Assembly: GCA_016748015.1 (NCBI GenBank)
Contig: JAAOMT010000697.1
Location: forward strand, 1,011,152 to 1,075,151
DNA from: Geosiphon pyriformis uo1
Lineage: Eukaryota > Fungi > Glomeromycota
DNA length: 64,000 nucleotides
Direction of reading: 5' to 3'
Made by a program: the position numbers and the translations under genes. Positions 50,765-63,309 of this stretch are shown here, one piece after another. The first letter of the stretch is position 1. Each line of letters starts with the position of its first letter. The notes beneath the pieces were generated by a model. That model had not been told where the DNA came from. It saw nothing but the letters and a program-made list of their open reading frames with translations, and searched no databases.

Positions 50765-50930
50765 ATTATTATCTTTCGGGAATGGGAGAAGTTGTTTTTG
50801 TCGCTCAAGATCCTTTTTTGCTTTGCACTAGAGACACGGGCGTAGAGGTAACCTTCGAGAGGGGGGTTGCGGTAGCATCAGCATTTTTCGAAAGGGTGGG
50901 GCATTTATTTTTACGATTGAATCTGATAGC
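50765..50930 (-). pseudogene. IS607-family serine recombinase (TnpA) relic
   Basis: EGYLYARVSSAKQK/DLERQKQLL (YARVSS at 50827-50844, 1-nt frameshift). Lies directly upstream of the TnpB-like fragment on the same strand. Confidence 0.8.
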
Positions 50931-51309
50931 AATTGATTAATATTTTATTGATAGGCATTATTAAGCAAATCTTTTCAGTACTGTATAATACATAAAATTG
51001 AATATTATTTGAAGTTTGCAATTCCAATACAAAAAATCTCAATCAAGGGACTATTTTATGATATTATAAAGTAATTAAATTAATTTCAGATGTAACTTTG
51101 AAGCAAAAATGACAAACATAACATTTTACTTGCCTATTGAAATAGTTTGGTTTTGCATGAAAAACTAGATGGTTCCTATTTATGAGTTAATCCATTTTGC
51201 TAAATACTATTCAAAGGTTCGTATGCTTAGGCCTCTCAATGACAATCAAATGGGTCAGGGTGTAGCAATAGCCACACATGTCAAAATTATCATCATATAA
51301 ACTCCGCGC

Positions 51310-52535
51310 TTATTCATTCTGTTGAAGTTCCAACTCATTAATTTTAAAAGCAAGCTCGTCCACTTTTAGAGATGCAACCTTTCTTACTTCATTCTCATCA
51401 TGACTAAGACCATCAAAACTTTTGCTGCTGGCTATAGTATCCTCAAGTTCACTATTTTCCACTTCAATTGTGCTACTACTCCTCCATTCTGATTCCTCTA
51501 TGTTCAACTTTTTTTTTGATTTTTTCTCCTTTTCGGATTTCATATAATCTGCCCGAACCACAATGACTGGCACTGGGGAATGTTGTATACAATAAAGTGA
51601 TGTGCTACCCATTAATAAACTCTTGGCCTGAGAGCGCCCGCGAGTTCCTACCACAAGCAACTCAGGTTGATACATTTTGATCTGATTTCGAAGGAATTTA
51701 AAAAACATTAGATTAAGGGAACCTGGTTTGTTTGTAAAAGAATTATCATGATTATTACCATATTTTGGATTGTATCCTGGACTTTCCCAACCATAAATTC
51801 TACCACAATATTAATCTTAGTACGTGGGTTCCAGATCGAGATCAAAAAGATAATTAATGAAAATTACTTAAAATATAATTGAAAACACATGCCAATCTAT
51901 TGAAATTACCGCTTTCTCATCGTTTAATTCAATTATTTTTTGCATTAGTTGATTGGCATCTTGTCTTGTCTATTAATTAGGAGAAAATAAATTAAAATCA
52001 GAACTGAATTCTTTTAATAAATGATAGGTTCAAAATCTAGTTGACCATTCAATGTAATAAGTACCTTTTCTTTTTGAGCTTCAACCGAGGAACGCATTGA
52101 GGTTTTTGAAACTACAGAAATCAGAAATAACTATTCATCTGGCTCTCTTTGAAGAGAATCAAGTCAACTTTTTGCTACATACTAGAGTCCATAAAGTCAA
52201 GCGGTATAACTCTGAGTGCTACCACTTCGTCACCGTCGCCTACTAAGGTTTCCATTAACCATTTGATCCCGTTGTCGCTATATCCTTCCAAGTCAGTCGC
52301 GACCAAAAAGGTACGTGACCGCTTGTGAGTTTGGTATTCGGCAACCTTGGTTTGTAAGGTGAAAGAAAATTCGCGTGATGCGGTTTCTTGTGCCGAAAAG
52401 GTGTCAAAGCCAACCCTAGATCAAATACGTGGTTAAAGTTGAGACCTTTGTTTGGGAAAAGACCACGGGGCAAACTTTACACCTTGAGACATAAGACTTT
52501 GGGCCAGGGGAATCAGAGTTTGTAGCTTCTTCCAT
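51310..52535 (-). CDS. Universal stress protein (USP)-domain protein, multi-exon
   Basis: MEEAT...SYVSR|VGFDTF...RSRTFLVATDL...GDEVVALRVI. Last exon MYQPELLVVGTRGRS...LMGSTSLYCIQHSPVPVIVVR. GT-AG introns; the small internal exons are not fully resolved. Confidence 0.85.
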
Positions 52536-52681
52536 TGCTGGAAAGTTTGATTTGCTAACATGAGAGTATAAAGTAACATCTTAAGATGCGGTGCCCCGTG
52601 ACACAATTATTTGGATTTTCCACGGAACATTGTAATTATCACGTTAAAATGAACAACAGAAAATTTTTTTAACCCGCCAGA

Positions 52682-53778
52682 ATGCCACCTTTACAACTTT
52701 TTGATGGTCATGCCGACGAAAGGATTTTAGCGCTCAGGGATACGATCGAATATCTTCGCTCTCGACTTCCGAAATGGGCCTGTGAACCAAAAGTTGCTAT
52801 TATTTGTGGATCTGGTCTTGGTGGGCTGGTTAACACTTTAGATAAAACGCGAATCGAATTCGATTATTCCGAAATACCGAATTTTATAAATAGTACAGGT
52901 TCGTGTCTTGTTAATTTTCGAATCTTACATCAAATTGATAACCTTGCATTAAATTATATCTAAGAACTCTTTCTTTGATCATTACAGTGGAAGGTCACGC
53001 TGGCAAACTTGTCTTCGGACTACTTGGGGTGAAAAAAACACCTGTGGTATGTATGGTTGGTAGATTTCATATATATGAAGGTCATACAAAGGAACAAATT
53101 ACCTTTCCTATTAGAGTGTTTAAACTCCTAGGGGTAGAAATTTTGCTGGGTGAGTTCTAAGAGTGAAAAGAGACTCCTTGGTTTTTCTCGGATTTTTGAT
53201 TTCTTAGATCTTTTTTTACAATAGTGACAAATGCCACTGGATCATTGAATCATGAACACTTTCAAGTTGGTAGTATCATGGTCATGGCAGATCATATTTC
53301 ATTACCTAATATGACAGGAAGTAATCCATTGATAGGTCCAAACATGTTTGAATTTGGGCCTCGTTTCATCCCAACTTCAGATGCGTACGATTTCGAACTT
53401 CGAGAGATCGCGTTCCGTGCAGCAACCTCCTTAAATTTCCCGAAAGGAGCCTTGAAGGAAGGCACATACTGTTGGGTAATCGGACCATCGTATGAGACTA
53501 GAGCTGAATCTAGATATCTTGAATCGATTGGTGGAGATGTGGTCGGTATGTCAACCGTACCAGAAGTTATCGTGGCCAGGCATTGTGGACTCCGGGTGCT
53601 TGGTTTATCTCTAGTGACTAATATGGTTATATTGAGAAAACCTCGAAGTGCAGATCCTTTGAAAAAAGAGGGACCAATTATTGAGAAGCATTCGACCCAT
53701 GCGGAAGTTTTGGAGGCGAGTCAAGAATGGGGCAATGAGATGCAGAAGTTGGTTCGAACCATTATCGAAATGATTTAA
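52682..53778 (+). CDS. PNP1: Purine nucleoside phosphorylase (exons 52682-52898, 52988-53149, 53225-53778; 310 aa)
   Basis: [11 protein letters not shown]|[33 protein letters not shown] and LSLVTN. Splice phases are consistent. Confidence 0.95.
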
Positions 53779-54991
53779 TGAATCGAACGACGATTTTTAT
53801 TTTATTTGAAAGAATCCATAATTTATTAGTAGAATTTGTATTTTTACCAATTTATAAATTTTGAACTTGACCTAATTTCACAAGTTTTATTTGGAAGAAA
53901 ATATCTCTCGAAGCTCAAGGATCATATTCAAGCAATCAAGTAAACTTAAAAGATCAATAATGTCGGTTTATCAGAACAAAATCATATATTTTCTCATAAG
54001 AAATTGATAACACCTTTGAGAAAGGTTTTCCAACAAGTCCCGCTAGAGCAATATCCAAAGATTTAAAAATACTGATTTCTTACCAATTTTGTCAGCCTTT
54101 TCTATCATCTTCCGCCCATCCGGATATTATAACTTCTGGATCAAAAACGAAATAAGAGGATGGGTTTTCAAGATCACGAATGACAAAAGGTAGACATAGC
54201 ATTATGTCGCAAGATTGCTGGGAAGTTATAAGTAATACTGCCAGGTTAAAAACGAAATCAAATCGGTGAAGAAATTATTTCGATTCACCAATGTCAAAAT
54301 TTTAATGGGCTTTCGATCCTCAGCGATAATCTGTTTGAAAACCTTATAGTAGTATAGTTTCAGTGGTCATATTGGATTCCATTTTTTCCATTTTTTGTAG
54401 GGTAATTATCTTCATAATGAATTGGAGCCTTCTTAATGGTTCTTGCTATTTTATAGGAACAGCTAATTATGTTCGCTAAATTTACAAAAATGTATTTAGT
54501 TTGAGCAAAGTTTCAGAACAATGTCAACCGTACGAGCACTCAATTATCGAGTAAAATCAAAAGTAATATTAAGAACACTGCATAAGGGAGCGAAAGTCTT
54601 TAGAAAAGCGCTGACTGTTAAAAGCGAAAGTGGAATGGTTGTCAATTGAGCAAAGTTTATTTAGGTGATACGCTGTGAGGCACAATTCCAGATCCCAAAA
54701 AAGCTAGGGTTCCTTGTATTTCCTTTTTGTTCGATAAATGCTTTACTAATCGTCTCAATTGTTATATATCAATTGGTAATCTAGCCACTGATTAATTAAA
54801 AAGTTTCGTTTAGAATTTCCAGGTAATTGTGTTCTTTCCACTTTCGTGCTGGTTACGAAAGAATAAACAAAACCGCTCGTTGTCGCTGTACCCCTTTTTC
54901 TCTCTTTTAAACAAAACATTTGGTTATCAGTGCTGCCCGAACCTTTTTTCTTCAAATTCTTCTTTTCATACATATTTGTTATCCTTGTAGC

Positions 54992-55026
<35 letters not shown>

Positions 55027-55153
55027 GAAATTTAATAAAATTAGGTCGAAAGGTTCTGACTTATTCTTGGACTTTACTTTAAAATTTGATAAGCGGTACT
55101 CCTTAAAGTAATTGCACAAGACTCGGTAATTTCAGACGTGCGTCGATAGCATT

Positions 55154-58100
55154 ATGGAAGAACTTGGAGAGGACCTACTTTTTGACGAGAAAACTACGCA
55201 TATACTGATTCCGGTTAAAGGAATGACGTGTAAATCTTGCGTCAATTCCATTTTAAGCGTAGTTTCGCCATTGTCTGGTGTATCAAGTTGCGAAATAAGT
55301 CTCGAGAAGGAAGAGGCAAACATCATCTATGATCCGACTAAAGTTACAAAGGCTAAAATAATTGAAATCATCGAAGATTGTGGTTTTAACGTTCCGACTG
55401 ACGAAAATATATTGGCATTAGAAAATTCCCTTTTGGCAGAAATACTGTTAGGATCATCAAACGCTCAATCAGTTATTACTTTGCCTGTTAAGGGCATGAC
55501 ATGCATGTCTTGTGTGAATTCGATTACCAATGCATTAAAATTAATAAAAGGGATTCAAAGTGTTGATATCAGCTTAAAAGATGAACAGGCTACAGTTGAA
55601 TTTGATTCCGGAAAATTAACCAAGGAAAAAATTATTGAGGTAATTGAGGACTGTGGATTTGTGGTACCAATTGTGACATCCAAGAAATCCAATGATCTCT
55701 CACAAATCGTCCCCGATACAAATATTTTTGCCAACATCGCTCTCAAGACTCCCCCTTCAAAACAATCTACCTTCCCATTAATATCTGTAAATTCACATTC
55801 ATTCTCATCAGAAAGTATTCGCGTTGCTCAATTGAAAGTACAAGGAATGACTTGCGCTTCCTGTGTAAATAGCATTGAAAGATCTCTCGGCGCATCATCG
55901 GGAATCATTTCGGTTAAAGTTTCATTATTGGCTGAGCGTGCTACCATTGAATATAATTCAGAGATTGTAGATGAAAAACGAATTGAAGAGATGATTAATT
56001 CAATTGGATTTGACGCTTCCCTTATTATTCAGAAACGCCAAGATACTGCCGAATTACGAATATTTGGCTTGTCGAGTGGAGCTTGTCTCAGTACACTTGA
56101 GCAGGAACTTTGTAAATCTCGGGGTGTCCTTAAAGTTTCCATAATTTTGGAGATAGAAAAGGCTCTCATTCAATTTGACAAGGAGATACTTGGCTTACGA
56201 GATATTGTTAATTTAATCAAAGAACTGGGATATCATGCTGTATTATGGGACAATACGCGTAATGCACAGCTTGAATCATTAAATCGAACACGAGAAATTG
56301 GAGAATGGCGAAATTCATTCTTTAGATCACTTGCTTTCGCTTTTCCTGTATTTATTATATGTATGATTTTGCCTGAATTTGAATGGGGCTCAAAACTTGT
56401 TGGAAAAAAGTTATTACCAGGGATTTACAGTGGTGATCTTACTTCTTTAATTTTAACAATTCCTGTCCAATTCGGTGTTGGCAAAAGATTCTACAAGTCT
56501 TCATACAAGGCACTTAAACATGGTACTGCAACAATGGATGTTTTAGTTGCGTTGGGCACATCTTCAGCTTTCTTCTTTTCTTGTTTTGGGATGTTTTATG
56601 CTCTTTTTGATCCGATGCATATAAAACCATCGACATTTTTCGATACTTCCACAATGTTAATAACATTTGTCACACTCGGTAGATATTTAGAAAATGTTGC
56701 AAAAGGAAAAACATCAGCAGCTTTATCCAAATTAATGTCGCTCACTCCGTCGACTACCACCATTATTCACAAAGACCCCAAAATTGGAGAAATTATCAGC
56801 GAGGAAAAAATTTTTACCGAATTAGTTCAAGTTGGTGATATAGCAAAAATTCTACCTGGTGATAAAATACCAGCTGATGGTACTGTAATTTCAGGAGCTT
56901 CAACAATTAATGAGTCCTTAATTACTGGAGAAGTTGAACCAGTCGACAAGCAGCCAGGGGATCCGGTAATTGGTGGAACGGTCAATTGCTTGGGAACATT
57001 TGAAATGCAAGTTACGCGGGCTGGTAATGACACCGCATTGGCACAAATTGTTAAGCTTGTAGAAGAAGCTCAAACCTCGAAAGCACCTATTCAAGAATTC
57101 GCTGATACAGTGGCTGGATATTTTGTCCCAGTTGTTATTACGTTAGCCATTATTACATTTTTCATTTGGATCGTTTTATCACATCTTTTGAATCCAGTCC
57201 CAGAAATATTTCATCATGAGAGCAGTTATTTTGTTGTTTGCCTTAAACTTTGTATTTCGGTCGTTGTAGTTGCATGTCCATGTGCTTTAGGATTAAGTAC
57301 ACCAACAGCTATGATGGTTGGGACGGGAGTTGGTGCTCAAAATGGGATTTTAATTAAAGGAGGTGGTCCACTTGAAGCAGGAAATAAGGTTACGAAAGTA
57401 GTATTTGACAAAACTGGAACGCTCACCAAGGGACAATTACATGTTGTTCAACATGAAATCTTGTCAGATAATTTGAGTTTGAGTGCCGAGAAATTTTTTG
57501 CCATTGTGGGAGCAGCAGAGTCATCAAGTGAACATCCTCTTGGAAGAGCTATCTCACAATTTGGTAAAACTCGATTGGGAATAGAACATTATGATGCTGA
57601 GATTACTGATTTTCATGCAATCCCTGGATCGGGCATAGAGTGTAACGTACTTCACAATGCTTCTTATTCACTCCCTAATGGATCGATAAAATCTATACCA
57701 AAATCATCAACTGCAACCTCATATAATGTTTTAATCGGTAATGCAAGTTTTCTCACAGATCATCATCAAATCGTGATTCCAAAATCGGCAATTGTTATGA
57801 TGGAGGCACAAGAGCAACAAGCTCATACAGCAGTTCTAGTGGCAATAAATAATTCATTTACTGGTCTAATATTCTTATCAGATACCATCAAACCCGAAGC
57901 AAAACTCACTGTCGCCGCTTTACATAATATGGGGATATCTGTGGCGATGGTTACCGGAGATCAAGAACTAACAGCGCGAGCTATTGCAGCAAAATGTGGA
58001 ATTACCGAGATTCATGCTGGGATATCACCAAAAGGTAAAACCAAAATCATAAAATCGCTTCAACGCTCTGGAAATATTGTCGCTATGGTTGGTGATGGTA

Positions 58101-58570
58101 TTAATGATTCGCCAGCATTAGCAGCCGCCAATGTAGGGATCGCGTTATGTAGTGGCACTGATATTGCAATGGAGGCAGCTGATATAATTTTAATGGGTCA
58201 TGATTTGACTGATGTTGTTGCAGCACTCGATCTTTCACGGTCAATCTTTCGACGTATCAAAATGAACTTTATGTGGGCATGTGTCTATAACATCTTGGGA
58301 ATACCTTTAGCCATGGGATTTTTTGTCCCATGGGGTTATCATCTAAATCCAATGGTGGCTGGTGCAGCGATGGCATTCTCAAGTGTGAGTGTTGTATGTT
58401 CAAGTCTAATGTTGAGATTTTGGCAAAAACCTCAATGGATAGATGATGGGAAAAGTGGTGTGGAAAGGGTTAAGTCCAGGGATAATAGTTGGTTCAATGG
58501 GATTGTTCACCGGAACAAGCAGCGTTCAAAACAGGGATATGACCGAGTTCCTATAGGTGAAGATATTTAA
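55154..58570 (+). CDS. CCC2: Copper-transporting P1B-type ATPase, intronless, 1138 aa
   Basis: Three GMTCxxC HMA motifs plus one degenerate; TGE, CPC, DKTGT, SEHP, GDGINDSP and YN/MAFSS motifs. Confidence 0.95.
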   Translation: MEELGEDLLFDEKTTHILIPVKGMTCKSCVNSILSVVSPLSGVSSCEISLEKEEANIIYDPTKVTKAKIIEIIEDCGFNVPTDENILALENSLLAEILLGSSNAQSVITLPVKGMTCMSCVNSITNALKLIKGIQSVDISLKDEQATVEFDSGKLTKEKIIEVIEDCGFVVPIVTSKKSNDLSQIVPDTNIFANIALKTPPSKQSTFPLISVNSHSFSSESIRVAQLKVQGMTCASCVNSIERSLGASSGIISVKVSLLAERATIEYNSEIVDEKRIEEMINSIGFDASLIIQKRQDTAELRIFGLSSGACLSTLEQELCKSRGVLKVSIILEIEKALIQFDKEILGLRDIVNLIKELGYHAVLWDNTRNAQLESLNRTREIGEWRNSFFRSLAFAFPVFIICMILPEFEWGSKLVGKKLLPGIYSGDLTSLILTIPVQFGVGKRFYKSSYKALKHGTATMDVLVALGTSSAFFFSCFGMFYALFDPMHIKPSTFFDTSTMLITFVTLGRYLENVAKGKTSAALSKLMSLTPSTTTIIHKDPKIGEIISEEKIFTELVQVGDIAKILPGDKIPADGTVISGASTINESLITGEVEPVDKQPGDPVIGGTVNCLGTFEMQVTRAGNDTALAQIVKLVEEAQTSKAPIQEFADTVAGYFVPVVITLAIITFFIWIVLSHLLNPVPEIFHHESSYFVVCLKLCISVVVVACPCALGLSTPTAMMVGTGVGAQNGILIKGGGPLEAGNKVTKVVFDKTGTLTKGQLHVVQHEILSDNLSLSAEKFFAIVGAAESSSEHPLGRAISQFGKTRLGIEHYDAEITDFHAIPGSGIECNVLHNASYSLPNGSIKSIPKSSTATSYNVLIGNASFLTDHHQIVIPKSAIVMMEAQEQQAHTAVLVAINNSFTGLIFLSDTIKPEAKLTVAALHNMGISVAMVTGDQELTARAIAAKCGITEIHAGISPKGKTKIIKSLQRSGNIVAMVGDGINDSPALAAANVGIALCSGTDIAMEAADIILMGHDLTDVVAALDLSRSIFRRIKMNFMWACVYNILGIPLAMGFFVPWGYHLNPMVAGAAMAFSSVSVVCSSLMLRFWQKPQWIDDGKSGVERVKSRDNSWFNGIVHRNKQRSKQGYDRVPIGEDI

Positions 58571-59152
58571 TGATAAAAAGGAATATTTTCAAAATGGGTG
58601 TATTTTTACAAGATTTATTTCAAATACGACATAGAAATTTTCCCTATTCTTAAAAGACATGTACATTTGATAATTCAAAGTTTTGGATTAAAATTCACGC
58701 ATTACAATTAAAAAATAAGCTTAAAAAGCATTACTAAAATGATAAATCAGATAATTATTAGTTTTGAGCAAAAAAGATTTATTTTAATTAAAACTCATTT
58801 AAAATATTATTATTTTAATAAATTGTTTAAATTTGATAAATAATTTTTATACATGAATAAATTTTGATTATGATTAATTGTAATATTATTTGCAATTGAA
58901 ACAATTTTTTATTAAATTTACCAATATTTACATTTTAATTATTTCAAAAATTGAATTTATTCAAAAAAAAAAAAATTTTACAACAGTTAAAAAAATGATT
59001 AATGATTAAAAAATAGATCAAATCATGTGAATGGTAGTCTTTTTCATATCATAACTTGATTAAAATTACATTTTAATAAAAATGGGTTTAAAATGATAAA
59101 AACGTTATGTAAATTTAATATTATGCAAAAAAATAATTACATTTAATGAAAC

Positions 59153-59197
<45 letters not shown>
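59153..59197. repeat. (TTA)n microsatellite
   Basis: Direct reading; similar (AAT)n tracts at ~54997-55026 and ~61095-61162. Confidence 0.9.
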
Positions 59198-59200
<3 letters not shown>

Positions 59201-61113
59201 GTTTATTATTAAAACGATCAAGAAAAATGAAATTTCTTTTTTTGGAAGGTTTATCAAAGATTGTGATGTTAAACAAGAAAGAAAGAAAGAAAGAAAGAAA
59301 ATTCTGAAACTTGTGGTTAATAGTTTTTTGATTGTCAGTATCACTTAAAAAATTGGGAATATAATTATTAAAAATTTTTGGTAGTACCATTTAGTTTTTG
59401 TCAAACTTGAATTTCATAAGATTGGTAATATTTTTAATTTGATTTACAAAACACGTTTCTAAAACTTGATCCGTAAAGGTCAAATAATGACGAAAATGGA
59501 TCTTACTAAATTTGTGATCCCTTTTTTAAACGCCACAATAATGATAAGAAAATAACACAAGAAAGAAATATTTGAAACTTTTTATTTTCAAAGAAAAAAA
59601 CCTAACCTACAAAGAAATCTTAACCCTTTTTTTTTTTTCATTTCTTTTACTTTTGAAATTTCAGTTATTTTTGAAGAAGATTGGACTTTGTTATGGAAAA
59701 ATTTATCTGCAGAATTCCCCAGCGCGGGCCTTGTCCCTAATACATTTGCCTAAAATGCAAAAAAAAAAAATTACTGAAAAAAAGAGCCTTCTCGTACATA
59801 TCGTAGCCCTCCTTCATGTAAAAAACGCACCAGGAATAACCTTTTTACTCAAAGATCATGGTTTTTTTGTTTTTTTTTGAACAATGCACACAAAGTTTTA
59901 AAATATTTAAATGTGTATTAATAATTGTAATTTCTGATGCCGTACAATCATTTTTCCTTTTGATCATCATATGATGAACCCTTTTTTAAATAATTGTGTA
60001 AGCATACTTGGACAATTGCTATGATTCTTACATTCTAGTTTTAGGAGAGAGGAGTTTTGAGCCGAGCCAAATTTGTAATTGAAGAGGATAGGGATAATAA
60101 TAGGAAGAATTCTATTTTTTTTTTATTTTTTTTATTTTTATTTTTTTGAAGGGTTCTTTGATTAATTAAACTAGACACTTCAAGGAAAAACTGTTATTTG
60201 AACTTCTTTGTTTATTTAAATTACGTTTTACGATTCAAAAACTTGTCGGGATTTTCCTTTTTTTCCTTTTTTTTTAATAACGAAGAATTCCGCGCTTTAC
60301 GGTATGACGTTTTGATAAATTATATATTCAACGGTTAAAGGTTAAAAGTTTTTCATTCATAATAAAATGATGTCTTATTTCTTTTTTTTTTTTAAAAAAA
60401 AACCTATTGTTATAGTTTAGTTTAAATTTAATTTTAAATTTAATTTAATCTTTAAAGTTCAAAACAGGCTAATTTGGTTATGTTACTCTAATCAAAATGA
60501 CAAAAATAAGCCATTTAGAATAAATTTAAAATTTTCAAACAATATTAGCCCAGGAAATTCGGAAATTGTAAAGGGAGTAAACGGAAAAAGTTTGTTAAAT
60601 ACTATAGGAGATAGGTTTGATTGGTTCCATTAATAATAATAATAATAATAATGGATTTTTATATGTGTTAAAATAAAAGTTTTTAATTATTTAGTAACAC
60701 CATTCTAGTTTCTTTAAAGTCTTGGAATTAAAAGAATTAATACCAAAAAAAAAATGCTAGAATAATCACAACCACCATCACCATCACCACCCCACCCCAC
60801 CTTCCCTCCCCTCGTTTTCGGTCAGGATAAATTAGGAAATCTTTTTAATAACCAATAAATAATCAGCTTTAAAAAAAAAACAATGAAAAAATTTCATTTT
60901 AGTAACACATAATTTATCAATTTAAAAAACTTCCTTCCCGATTTAGTAATTATTATTGTATATCTTTTGAACACAAAAAACATTATTCCCAAACTCAACA
61001 TATTTGCTCCTGATTAAACCATATTAGCACACATGTTGGAAAAAAGTTCTTAACTACTATTAGTAGCTGTAATAAATATTTAGTTAATAGTAGTAATAAT
61101 AATAATAATAATA

Positions 61114-61163
<50 letters not shown>

Positions 61164-61846
61164 TGTAAAAGCAACCTTTTTCAGTCTTCATTATTCGAAA
61201 TTTCTTTTTCACCCACACCCACTCCCACTCTAACCCCAGTTTTTACTATTGACAACAACACCCAATTCAACAACTATCATTTTTACCACTTAAACCCGAG
61301 AAAAAAGTATACAAATACACTTTTATCCTTTTTACCTTCTCGCTTCCACTCTTCCTAAAACCCCAATTATTGTACATCTCTTTAAAATCAACCCCCCCTC
61401 CTCCCCTCCCTTCCCCCCCCCTCTCCCTCCCAAAAAACAAAAAACAATACGGTGGTTTTGTTTCTTAAAAAGTGTTTTGTTATCATACTCATCGGTACTT
61501 GTAGGCTGGTGTTGTATCATAGTAATATTAATAGCAGCATTTCCCTCCTCCACTTACCTTTGTAAAAGTTCCCTTTCTTTTAATACTTAAAAGTTTTGGT
61601 TGTTTTTAGTTTTCACTCGTCGTTGTTGACCAACAAAACACGAACACTTGTAAAAAAATTCTTTGTAATCTTTAGTCTCCATAGAGTACATATTTGAACC
61701 AACCAAAAAAATTCCTTGTGGTGACAACACGAAATATCTATAAAAAGACCTCCATATACCAAAAAAAAAAACTCTTCGCTCTTTTAGTTATTACTATAGT
61801 TCGTAACTTTTATCACCTTTCCACAACCACAAAAAAAATCACAAAA

Positions 61847-63309
61847 ATGGGTTGCTGCATGAGTCAAGAGGAAAAAGATGGAAAACGCAAAAATGACGAA
61901 ATTGAGAATCAACTCAGACGCGATAGGCTTTCAATGAGAAATGAAGTAAAAATGCTATTACTTGGTATGGTTGCTTCTTTATAAATTATTAAAAAGAAAA
62001 ACTTAAAATCAGTTCATTCAGTAAAGATAAAACTTTGCTCTAAACTATTCATTTCATTTCTCTTAGGTGCTGGTGAATCTGGCAAATCTACCATTCTAAA
62101 ACAAATGAAATTGATCCATGACGGTGGATATTCACCCGAAGAACGAGAGTCATTCAAAGAAATAATTTTCTCAAACACTGTTCAATCCATGAGAGTCATC
62201 TTAGATGCAATGGACAATATGAGTCTTTCATTAAGAAATGAAAGTAACCAGCGTTATGCAAATATTATAATGAATTTGCCCAATCAAATTGAAGGTGACA
62301 ATCTACCTCCTGATGTGTCGACTGCCATCAAATGTTTATGGGCTGATCAAGCTGTACAGGATTGTTTTAGGCGTTCAAGAGAATATCAACTGAATGATTC
62401 GGCAAAATAGTAAGTTTTCTCAAAGTTTTATTTTTAACTTATTATTACTATTACTATTACTATTATCATTATGTTTATTATGTTTAACAAAATAATCTAA
62501 TGCTTTCCCCTTTCTATCTTCTTTCTCTTTCTAATTATATTCGATTCTCTTTCTTTTTAGTTATTTTGACTCCATAGATAGGATAGCTAGGCCAGAATAC
62601 CTTCCAACTGACCAAGATGTACTGAGATCTCGTGTAAAAACTACTGGTATCACTGAAACAACATTCTTAATCGGAGAATTGACCTATAGAATGTTTGATG
62701 TTGGTGGACAACGATCTGAACGTAAAAAGTGGATTCATTGCTTTGAAAATGTAACTGCCATCGTATTTTTGGTTGCTATTTCAGAATACGATCAACTTTT
62801 ATTAGAAGATGAGACAGTGGTATGTATACTTTACCATCACCATCATCATCATCATCATCATCATCATCACCATCACCATCACTACCACCTATTGTTGTTC
62901 TATCTCTTTTTTTTATCCATAAAATCTCTAAATTTTTCTTAATTCTTTTTTTCAACCTCTTGATTAGAATCGTATGCAAGAAGCTTTAACATTATTCGAT
63001 TCAATCTGCAATTCACGATGGTTCGTGAAAACATCAATCATATTATTCTTGAATAAGATTGATCGTTTCAAGGAGAAACTTCAAATCTCTCCGATGGAGA
63101 AATATTTTCCCGATTTTGAAGGTGGAAGTAATTATGAGGCCGCATGCGAATACATACTGAATCGATTTGTCGCCCTTAATCAATCCGATGTGAAACAAAT
63201 TTATACACACTTCACTTGTGCCACCGATACTCAACAGATCAAATTCGTAATGGCTGCCGTCAATGATATTATTATTCAAACGAATTTAAGAGACTGTGGG
63301 CTACTATAA
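61847..63309 (+). CDS. Heterotrimeric G-protein alpha subunit, fungal group I/Gi-like (exons 61847-61964, 62067-62409, 62561-62819, 62968-63309; 353 aa)
   Basis: MGCCMS lipidation start; [31 protein letters not shown] and C-terminal CGLL. Confidence 0.97.
62835..62885. repeat. (CAT/CAC)n microsatellite in G-alpha intron 3
   Basis: Direct reading; it explains the spurious poly-His and poly-Asp ORFs. Confidence 0.9.

Noticed and set aside
53870-54420. Possible small or degraded gene between PNP and the ATPase
   Set aside because: Only short frames and one donor-like GTAAG; no recognisable protein.
59105-61553. Short ORFs upstream of G-alpha, plus 63596-63859
   Set aside because: Low-complexity intergenic or UTR sequence with no motifs.
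62679-62979. Poly-His and poly-Asp ORFs
   Set aside because: Read-through into a (CAT)n microsatellite in G-alpha intron 3.
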